Of a stretch of DNA of 45,853 nucleotides, positions 22,967 through 32,543 are shown in pieces. The stretch spans positions 1 to 45,853 of the forward strand of contig MEDY01000244.1 in NCBI GenBank assembly GCA_001724265.1, read 5' to 3'. The position numbers and the translations under genes were made by a program. The notes beneath the pieces were generated by a model. That model was not told where the DNA came from. It ran no database searches and saw nothing but the letters and a program-made list of their open reading frames with translations. The stretch comes from Rhizaria sp. SCN 62-66. Its lineage: Eukaryota. The stretch's first letter is position 1. The number at the start of each line of letters is the position of its first letter.

Positions 22967-25900
22967 TTACTCACGAGCGTCATCATCGTCACTATCACCA
23001 AGAAAGACAACATCGTTGCTCCGACCAATGTCGTTGCTGTCGCTATGCGGGCTACTGCCTCCATTGCCGCCGTTAACAGCGGAGTTGCCGACATCAACGT
23101 TGTTTTTCCTGTTGCCGTTCGCCGCCGCGTCGTCATCGCTGGTGTCTCCGAGTTCAATCACGTCGGACACAGACACAGACACAGGCAGATTCCTCCCATT
23201 GATTTTCGTCTTCGGGGGTATCGCGCGCGCAAAAGCACGCACAATATTTGTACTAAAGGAAGGACGCAGCGCAGGAGCTTGGAGTCGTAACTGGGACTGC
23301 GTTAACGCCGGTGCTTGCGCCTGCGCCTATGTACGCACTTCCGATAGCTGCAACGGTGGCTCCGGCGGCTGCGCTTGCAACTGTCGCTGCGACTGCGGCT
23401 GCAGCGGCCGACGTTGCTCGACAACATCAGCATCGACCCCAATACTGCTGTCGAGTCCCTCTCTGGCAGTTGGAGACTGGTGGCGTATGTCAAGCCGCAG
23501 TTGCAACTGCTGTTGCTTCGAAACAACACGCTGATCCACCGCAGCGCCCGACGTCTGCGTCTTTGATTGCAACCGCAACAGTGCTTGCGGCTGCGCTGGG
23601 GACTGAACTCGCTCGCCGGATCCACCGGCAGTCACTTGTGACCCAGTTGACGACGCAGCGGCCGCTTTCTCAACAGCCGCTTTTTCAATCACAGCTTTCT
23701 CGCGCGGTAGCTGTGCGGCATTGGGGCGCAGCAGCTGCACATCGGCAGCGCTCTATGCGCGCGCAACAAACTGCTGCTTACGCTCAAACTGCTGCTGCTG
23801 GCGCTGCTGCTGCTGAGATTGAAGTGGCGGATGAGACAGCGATTTCGAGGGGGGATTAAGGGTGCCTCTGCGCCGCGCTTCGGTGACGAGAGCGATGTTC
23901 TCTTTGCGCATCGCATCAAGTGTCGTGGTCAGCTCCTCGCACTGAGTAAATCGCACGGGGCGTCAAAGCAGCATGCGGGGGAATAGTATTCTGACGTGAA
24001 CAAGCAGTATAATAATTTTAAAGAGAGTCAGTTCAAATAAATTCACACTTCTGTTATCTTCCACCAACGTGTAGTTTAAGACGTACCTCGCGCGTTATCA
24101 ACGCCAACTCAGCCTCATCCGCGTTCCGCTGCTCCCGTGCAGCCCGAATCCTGCTCTCACACCGCGCCTCCGCCTCTGCCGCCGCGCACTCAACCGTGTG
24201 AGCGGCCACCGCCGCGGCCGAGTCACGAGGGTCACTGCTCGTCGCAGCGATGGCAGCGGCGGCGTTTGTTTCCCGCTCAAGCGCGTCGATCAAAGGCCGC
24301 ATTGTGGTGACAGCTCGCTCAGCCACGTTTGCCAGCGCTGTCTCTAGTCCCATTGGGACGAGGCGCACCGCGCGGAACACCCACTCGAGCCCCGGCAACG
24401 GCTGTCGCTCGCTTCCCTTGCGCTCAGTACCACCACGGTCACCGCTGCGGTCGCTGCCACTACAGTCAGTGCGAGGGCGGGACGCAAGTGACTTAGCCTC
24501 GTAAAGCGCGCTCGATAAAAACAAGAAAGCGCGCACACACTCGTTCGTCAGCGCTGCGTCTTCCGCAACCACACCTGTCGCCGCAGTTGCCGCTGATCTT
24601 ATCGAGGCAGCAGCAGTCGCAGTCGGCGGAGAAGCCACGTCGTTATTGCGCGCAGGTGTATCATCGTCACCGAAGAAAGCCTTCAACTCAGCCTCGTTCA
24701 CAGGAGCCGACTTCATCTTTCCATCGTTACTCTGGTGCTGGCGGTTGCTAGCAGCGGAGGCGACAACATGCCCTGCGGCCGTGGCCAGGGCATTGCGCAC
24801 CCCATTGACGATCTCCGCAGTCATCTCGGCACATTTCTCCTTGGTTGTAGGCAAAGGCCGGCCCTGGGCGACCTGCGGGTGCCGGCGCCGGCAGTATGAA
24901 CAAACGCCCAGCCGCGCCACTGCAACGGCAAGCGCCGATTGTGGCAGCATGGCGCGTGACAGCAGAGCACCGCTTGAGTGCCGGAGCAAGGGCTTCGGTT
25001 GTTCTGATGCCTGCTGTGAGCCGGGCTGCGCTTGCGGGGTGCGGGCGGATGCGTCTGCGTTTGCGTGCGACACAGTCGGCATCAGCGCGTGAAGCCACGC
25101 CGGGGGCTCTGGGCCCATCCTGCTCCCGTGACCGACGGTAATGCGGCCACTCACAGGCCGCGCGTACGCGCACAGTCGCCGCAACAGGGGCCCTGCATTC
25201 CCACCATTCACATCGTCATCGTCGCCAGCCGGTACAAACAGCGGATAGATAACCGGTTTGCCGCGGACGATGAAACCGTCACGCGTGAGCTCTGGCAACC
25301 GGAGCTTTTGCTGTGTGGCTCCTACACTGCCGTGGCCGAGCGAAACATCTTTGTTCGCATCCGCTGAGTTGCTGTGAGTCTGGTGCGCACTCGCAAGCTT
25401 CGCACGTTGTGCGACGTGTCGTACATCACCGTCTATATCTTCACAACGTGCATTCGCGGCTGCCGCAGCAGCAACATAGGCCGCTGCGCCGTGTGCAATG
25501 TCGGCGCAGATTTGCGTTGCCTTGGCTGCGCGCGCGACCGGGTCACCGATGGCAAAATCAGGCCGTAACAACGCACTGAGACGCTCGAGTCCCAGTGCCG
25601 CATGCCAGTGCACTTCGCGCCACTGCGCAGCCAGCAGCTGTGCCTCGCCCGCCGTCCGCGGCGCCTGCGCGTGCGCGGCGTTAGTGCACGGGAAATGCGG
25701 CAGCGGGGTCGCGCGCGCCAGCACAGCAGTTGCAAGCCGGCCCAGGGCACACACAGCGCCTGCGACTGCGTCCGACAGCAGTACGACAACGCGGCGCTCC
25801 ACAGCGCGCGCCCGCAGCACACGCGCCGTAAGAGCAGCGCGCAGTGACAGGATGTGCGCGTCCCGCAACGCACGCGACTGCGCTGCGGCTATTTCGTGGT

Positions 25901-28900
25901 GTGCAAGGATGAGAAGCGGGAGCTCGCGGCCCAGCGTGACAGGCTTTGTTGCTACAACATCGCGCCAGATCGAGCGCTGCGGTGAAACCCGCTCGCGGAA
26001 GACCGTGTTGTAGAGACCCACTAGCGGCGGCTTGCTTGCAGTCGCGCCGGGCTCAGCGGGGAGTGCGGGCGTGAAGTGCCGTGAGTATCGCGCGGTGAGG
26101 AAAGCGACCAGCAGCGCGGCGGCGTGCGGAGACGCAAACTGGAGCTCAACGCAGAGTTGCGATGCGTCGGATTGAGTCGGCGTGTAGGGCGGCAGAAACC
26201 AGAGGTAAACAAAGCGCGAGTGCGCGCGGTGCAACCACTGACGCATTGAGGCAAAGTCAGGCAGAGGGATATGCTGAGGGACAGTGTCGTCAAGCGGCAA
26301 GGGTTGGAAAACAAGACCGCCTTCTTTGTCAGCCGACGTAGCAGCGTGCGTAAAAACGAACGAAAACGAGAGCGAAATCACACCGACACGCACAGCGGGC
26401 GCGTCAGCGTCGGCGGGTGACGCTGCTTCCGAGGTGAAGCGCACCGCGGCGGCCAACGGCAGCGACAGCGCAAGCACGAGCGCGGGCACCGAGACGGCTT
26501 GCCCCTGTCGTGCGCTTGCCTGCGCCATCGGCAGCGCGGCGGCTGCGAGCACGGACACAGGCAATTTTGCGCTGGCAGCAATCGTGTACGCGTTGGCAAC
26601 GATATACGGTGTCCATGCCGCGGCGGCAATCGCTGTGGCCACGGTCTCGCGCCGGATAAAAGCCGTCGCCGCGGGAGCCACGGTGCACTGCGGCAGCAGA
26701 ATCGGTGCGATGTCGTAGCTCGCGAGGGAGTTGACCGCCGCACACGCCGCAGCGAGCTCTGGCGCGAGCGCGGCAGTGCGGAAGAATGCGGCCGCAACCG
26801 GATCTTTCTCCGACAGAAGCGCTTGCTGCTGCTGATGCTGCTGCTGCTTTGTGGACTCAAACGCGCTGATGTTAGCACACAAGCTGTCGCGGGTGGCGTC
26901 GAAGGTGCTGTAGAGCGCGCAGTGGAACTGCAGCAGACGCGTGTACCGGCCGAACCACGGGTCCTGCGCGGGTTCCAGCGCCGCTGCAACGCGCCGCCAC
27001 TGCGCGAGCGCGTGACGTGCGCTGACGCTGCGCCGCGGGAGCTGCCCGGGCGCGGGTGTGCAGCGGAGCACGGCCTCGTGTAGGTCGGCGGCGGCTGGGT
27101 TGAAGCCACGTGTGAGGTCGTTGTGTGCGATGTCGGCGGCATCGAACATGCTTGTGACGGCAGCGTCGTTATAAGACTTCTGCTGCTGCTGATAAGGGGG
27201 CTGCTGCTGCTGTTGGCCTGGCTGTTGCCCATTTTGCTGCTTCCAGAGCGCCCCCAGTGCGGATGCTTGCGGTCGCACCGACAGTTTGCCTAGCGGCCCT
27301 TTTGGCGGCGCCAAAGCGGGGGCCGGACCAAGCCTGTTCTCAAGCGACAACGCGCCGGCCTCGAGCAGCGCCGCGTGTAACGAACGCATAGCCGCGATCG
27401 ACACTACGGCGCGCCGCCGCAGCGCTCCCCCGCTGCCCGCGGCCAGTAACGCGCCGCGGAAGAGAGCCAGCTCAGCGCACTGCCGCGCACTGAGACCAGG
27501 GATGCGCGTTGGCAGTGCCGTGCGGTGGCTTGCAGCGTCGGCGTCGCTGAGAAGTGTCCACCGCAGACCGACGAGGCCCCAGCGCCGCAGCGCGTCCTCG
27601 GGCGCGGGCAGCGCGGGGCGGCCGGTGCCGGGGCCCGTGGCCGCTGCGGGGACGGGCCCGCATGCGTCGCCGCTGCTGTCGGCGAGCTCTGCAGGCGTGA
27701 GCGCAGCCGCGATGACATCAGCACGGCTCGCGGCGGCGGCGGGCGGCAGTGCGGCTGCGTTGGCAAACGTGCTTAAGCCACCCGCGCGGCCCAGAGGCGC
27801 AAATACGGGCTTAAACCTGTCTCCACCAGCATTTTGACGGACCTACACAAATATCCCATGTGCGGAACTGGCCGAGGCGCGTGCAGCAGCGTTTGATTGC
27901 GCCTGCCTTTGCGCGCGTGTGTGCGCGTGCGCGTGCGCGGCGAGCTCGTTATGCGCTGCAAACGGACCGTGCTCCAGCGTGATTTTCAGCGTGCGCAGCG
28001 CCGCCGGTGAGAGCGCGCAGAGCGAGAACACCGTTCCGCTAAAGCCACTGACCGAGAGCGCGGCGTCTGTCGCTGCGCCGGCGGGTGCAAGCGCGAAGCC
28101 GCCAACTGCGCGCGCAAACTCGGCCCCCGTGAGGCAGAACCCCGGGAGCTGCGCAGTGAGAGCAGGGTCCGGGGTTGTGGTGGGGGCAAGAGCGCGGGCG
28201 ATGAGTCCAAGAGCGAGCGCGGCCTGTGCTTGGAGAGGCATGGCAGGCTTGCTGGGGCGCTCAGGCTCCCCCGTGGTGGCGTTCACAGGTACACCACACA
28301 CAGTTGCAGTCGCACTGGGGTCAGTGTCAGCAGCAACAACAGCAGCGGTTGTTTCGCTAGTTATGAGACGAGTTGAGCTGTTGTCGTCGTCGCCATCAGC
28401 TTCGCAGATGGGGAAATGGCTGCAGTCACGCGGCACACGCCCGCTCGCCCTTGCGGCCTCCGCGCGCGCCGCCGTCAGTGCCGCCACGGCCGCCGCATCG
28501 CCCGCCGTCGTGCTCCGCGCGTCGGCGTCGAGCTTCGCTGCGGCGGCCGCAACAGCGCGCGCCGCCCAGGCCGCGGCGGCGGGGAAACGCGGGTCGAGGG
28601 CCAGGGCGGTCACGCGTGCTGTGAACGTCTCGGACAATGTGCTGATTAGTCCGTTGACAGACCCACGCACGCTCTAGGAGGAGGCCGTATGGGCAAAGGC
28701 TCGCGGGTCTCGGTAGTTGTCAGGGTTGAGAGGGGTGATGCGGTCTGGCGGGGAGGCAAGGAGGTCTTTGTACAATGTGGGACGCGGTGGCTTCTGCGGT
28801 AGCTGCTGCTGCTGCTGCTGCTGCTGCTGCTAGTTTGCCACGGTGCCAGCATCGCCCGCTATATCAGAGCGCAGTGCAAGCGTGCGAGGCAAGTTGCGCA

Positions 28901-29441
28901 CCTGCCAAGGGAGCAGCGTGTGCGCGACAAACGGCGCAGAGTCAACAACACTCGTCATCACAAGAGGCTCCGCAAACGCGGTTGTTGATGCGGATGCGGA
29001 TGTGGAGTTAGACTGAGTGAGAGGATGCAGGAAATCACGCGTGGCGTCGGAAACGGGCAGTGAAGCCGGGCGCTGGGCCTCGTGCGCGTCGGCGACGGCG
29101 TCCGCGGCGTCCTCGCTCTGCGCGTCCGCCGCCGCGACGAGACGGGCCGTGTACGCAGCGGCGATGTTGTGGATGATGTCGTGCGGGAACGCGGGGGCTG
29201 GGACGGGCGCATTAATCTCGGCCGAGAGAACAACCTTGCTATTGCCGCTATGTCCAGCGCGGGGAAAGCTGTAGCGGTAGGCCTTCTTGCAGTTGGGGCA
29301 CTTGAAGCTCTGTCCGCGCGCGAGCTCGACGCGGGCGACGCACGGCGCACAGAGCAAGTGGCCACAGGGCAGCAGGCGCAGGTCCGAGCTGTCCATGCAC
29401 ACAGGGCATGTCCAGGGGGTTGGTGCGCATGTGGGCTCCAT
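22967..29441 (-). CDS. Large C3HC4 RING-finger protein (~2109 aa), exons 29441-24087 and 23941-22967, containing five in-frame TAG codons
   Basis: N-terminal RING CPVC-x10-CGH-x2-CAPC-x13-CPNC. ORFs 28830..29441, 27843..28670 and 24054..27404 share one frame, and 23753..23956, 23327..23740 and 22967..23242 share another; they are broken only by TAG at 28830, 28674, 27843, 23753 and 23327. A phase-0 intron joins a continuous coiled coil (ELALITRE|CEELTTTLDAMRKEN). Ends in TAA at the AT-rich spacer. Confidence 0.72.
23942..24086 (-). other. Spliceosomal intron (145 nt, phase 0) in RING gene
   Basis: GAG|GTACGT donor at 24086, TTTACTCAG| acceptor at 23942, AT-rich interior containing the ORF-track TAA. 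Confidence 0.8.
28803..28832 (-). repeat. TAG-(CAG)9 poly-Gln microsatellite
   Basis: Nine perfect CAG codons immediately preceded in frame by TAG. Confidence 0.9.
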
Positions 29442-29941
29442 CGCGCGGGCAGTAGGGCGGCTGTCGCGCGCTGGGGACAGGTGGGGCCGCTTGGCCGAGA
29501 GACTGGCTGTCCGCTTTGTGGGAGGAGTGAAGATGAGATGAGAGATAATGACTTTAAGGAGATTCCGAAGACAAAGCAGGAGGTAGAGACTAAAGTAAAG
29601 CGAAAAGATTACAAAAAACGGTGTATTATAAGGTCGTATCTTTCATATTCAAAAATATATTGTATACCTCTCTGTGAGCGAGCTGCCAGCGTTTGCTGTG
29701 AGGCGCGCGAGACAAGGCCATCGAGCCGTTACAAAGAAGTGGCTGATCAAATCATAGCTGTACACAACCATTTGATCGTCAGTCAATGCACCAATAACAC
29801 CTCAGATTTGAAACACTAATTTGCCAGTTATTCATTATTTATATTTCTTGGCGTCTTCTTTCAGCCCCACAGTTCCTCCCAAGAGCAGACGCCTACCAAC
29901 CTCAGTTCGATTCGAGTGGCCCCTCCGTGCCCGCGTCTCCC
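29442..29941. promoter_or_regulatory. Probable bidirectional promoter region between divergent RING and GTPase/J genes
   Basis: 500 nt AT-rich spacer between two head-to-head ATGs; TATA-like TATTATAA near 29623. No transcription start evidence. Confidence 0.4.
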
Positions 29942-32354
29942 ATGTCCGCGGACGTCGCTTCCGACGACTTCCTCTTCGCACCCATTACGCGGCCGCCCGC
30001 GCACGGTCCATCTGCACTCTCGGCGTCGGTGCGGCGCCTGGCGACGATGACGCTCAAGGTCCTTGTACTCGGCGAGCAAAGCTGTGGCAAAACGTCATTC
30101 GTGCGCGCGTACTTTGCCGCCGCTCTGCGCAACGCCGCTGTCGCCGGACTCCCGCTCTCCGACACACCCGCCATATGCGCCGCTGCGACCACACCCCTAG
30201 CGAGCTCTAGCGGCGCGAGCGCCGCTGCTGCTGCCGCTGCTGCTGCTGTGACGTCGTATGAGTTTTCACCGCCGCCGCCAGCGACTGTGGGCGTTGACTT
30301 CTGGCCCGCGCCCGTGGCCGTGCCCGCGCGGCTGCCCACGGTGCGCTCCGCCCCCGGCGCGCCCGCGTCCGCGCCCAACACCCGCATCGTGCCCGTCTTT
30401 TACGACGTCTCAGGCGACCTAACTTACGTCAAGGTGCGCGCGGAGGCGTACGGAGACTGGCATGTCGCGCTCTATTGCTGTGATTGTGGAGACAGGGCCA
30501 GCTTCGAGCAAGTGCAAGCATGGGTCGCTGAGCTTGAAAAGGTACTTAGTGTGCTTGATATGCCTTATACGACTTCAAACACATATATTTTGAGCTCCGC
30601 TTGTGATAATGTATGTTGCCCAAGTTTGACACATCGAGCATCTTTTGTGTCTAACCCACAATTTTATTTGCTACTCTTATGCATGTTTTTGTGATTTATC
30701 AGTTTGGCGCTGCCCGCAAGCCGCACAGCGTGTCCGCGTTAGTCCTGTTGAAGACCGATCTACTCTCAGGTTCCCGCTCCCGCTCTTCTACCGCTTCCAC
30801 ACTGGGCACCGGCGCCGCTGCTGCAGTGCCGCTGGCCGAGGCCGCGGCGTGGGCGCGCGCGCACGGGCTGCATTTCCTCGCTCTGTCCGCAGCCACTGGC
30901 GCAGTCGCGGCGCAGGCTCCGGCACCGGACGCACCGACCGTGCCCCCCGCCTCGTCCATACTAGCGTCCCTGCCCCAGTCATCGTCGTCGCAGACCGCTG
31001 GGGAGGAGGACGTGTTCCGCGCGGTCAACGCGCTGTTGCTGCGCGCGCAGGGCGATTTGCGGCAGCCGGGCGAGGCGGCGGCGGACCCGGCGCGGGCGGC
31101 GCACGAACTAGCGCAACAGCAAGCAGCGCAAGCTCAAGCGCAAGCTCAAGCCCAAGCCCAAGCACAAGCTCAGGCGCAAGCACAGCAGCAGGGGCAGAGC
31201 TACTCACAGTCACAGTCGCAGTTTCACGCGCAAGCGCAGGCGCAGGCGCAGGCGGGTTTGTTGCCACCTGAGCAGCTGAGCGCTGGCGAGTTGAAACGCG
31301 AGCTGGCAGCTCGCGGCGTGCCTCCCGCGGAGTGGGGGCTCGAGCGCGCGGAGATGGCGCAGAGGCTGCGGCAGGCGCGTGCGGGCGTTGCCCCGTCAGG
31401 CGCGAACAGCGCTGATAACAACAACAACCATAGTCATAGCAATGCGAGGCCGATGTCGTCTGGGGTGTCCCGACTGCCGACGGCCGCCGCCGCCGCCGCA
31501 GCAGCCAACTCTGCCGCGGCGGGCGCGACCGGGGAGCCGTCTGAGCGGTCGATGGACGGTCTTCGGGCTGAGGTTGACCAGTGGGCTGCGAAGCTGAGGC
31601 GGGACGTGCGGGCTATGCTCAATGATGTCAACGGCGCAAAGGCTGGGAGTACGTGTGCATGGCAAATTCTCCAGCATTCTACGAGATGTCTCGACATTTG
31701 ATGACTTGTTTATTGATCGAGAAGTGAAATTTCTTCATGTTATTTGTAATGCAACGACGATTTTGCGAGGCGTTCTTTTACTAATAATGCTTTATCTTTA
31801 TACTTTACTTCTAATTTTGCTCGCGCTTTCTCTCGCCAAACAGCGGACCTGTATCTGTCGCCGGGCGCTGCGTTGGCGGATATTTCCCGCAGCTACAAGC
31901 GCGCAATGTTGCGCATTCACCCCGACAAACAGGATCCCAACGACGTCAGGGTACGTTTTTTATCACATGTATTGCAACGGCGTGTATAAATTGACCGCAG
32001 TTGCAATGCGTCATCATCACAATAATGGAAAACAGAGCAAGATCAATAATTTTGTCATAGATCAACAAACTCATATGTATCCATGGTTACAACTATTTTT
32101 TTTTGTGTTATTGCTTGTTTTTGTTCCGTTTGTCGTTCTTCTAGGGAACGTTCCGCGCAACAGAGATGTTCAAAATCGTCACTTCAGCGTTTGAGGCGCA
32201 CAAAACCGTTACCGAGCGCGCTACGACCGGTACCAGTAGCAACAGCAATGCAAATCCAGCGGCAGGGCCGACACCGGGGCCGCGGGCCGGCGCTGGTGGT
32301 GGCCACACTGGGGGCAGCACGCACACGCCGTTTTACGGCAATCGGCGCAAGTGA
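29942..32354 (+). CDS. RJL/Rab-like small GTPase fused to a Q/A linker, SAP/HeH-like motif and C-terminal auxilin-type J-domain; exons 29942-30541, 30703-31648, 31844-31950, 32145-32354
   Basis: G1 GEQSCGKT, G2 TVGVDF, G3 FYDVSGD..YVKVRAEAY (RJL/DNAJC27-like, no catalytic Gln), divergent G4 LKTD, FLALSAATG. Spliced C-terminus DQWAAKLRRDVRAMLND...ISRSYKRAMLRIHPDKQ...ATEMFKIVTSAFEAH. Three GT-AG introns keep the frame; TGA stop. Confidence 0.8.
30542..30702 (+). other. Intron 1 of GTPase/J-domain gene (161 nt, phase 0)
   Basis: AAG|GTACTT ... TTTATCAG|TTT; AT-rich; frame preserved. Confidence 0.8.
31115..31252 (+). repeat. Gln-Ala / Ser-Gln dipeptide repeat linker
   Basis: Degenerate CAA/CAG-GCN hexamer repeat encoding QQQAAQAQAQAQ...SQSQSQ...QAQAQA. 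Confidence 0.85.
31649..31843 (+). other. Intron 2 of GTPase/J-domain gene (195 nt, phase 1)
   Basis: A|GTACGT ... CTAAT branch-like site at 31811 ... AAACAG|CG; brings the HPDK exon into frame. Confidence 0.85.
31951..32144 (+). other. Intron 3 of GTPase/J-domain gene (194 nt, phase 0)
   Basis: AGG|GTACGT ... T-rich tract TTCTTCTAG|GGA; completes J-domain helix III. Confidence 0.85.
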
Positions 32355-32543
32355 TCACACGTCGCGCAAACAGAAATATCTTGCGTACCGCGGATCTGCA
32401 CCTTAAATCGGCCGCCTTTTAATTACAGTTACTTAGCAGTTTTAAATACATACAACAACAATCATTCATGACTTCAAAACTCTCCTTGAGTCCCGCAGCG
32501 AGTGTTGTTCATTGCTTTGACTTTCATTAATAAGCTTATAGAT

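Noticed and set aside
27843-27900. TAG at 27843 as a splice acceptor (TTTGTGTAG|G)
   Set aside because: It looks acceptor-like, but the upstream sequence is GC-rich, open in frame and has no nearby GTAC donor, unlike all modelled introns. Not fully excluded; it is the weakest of the six TAGs.
20016-28832. Pyrrolysine, programmed read-through or A-to-I stop-codon editing (UAG to Trp) as the explanation for the TAGs
   Set aside because: Pyrrolysine is not known in eukaryotes. There is no shared 3' read-through motif, and five leaky stops in one gene would nearly abolish the product. Trp fits the poly-Q and QA contexts poorly. Editing can only be excluded with RNA data.
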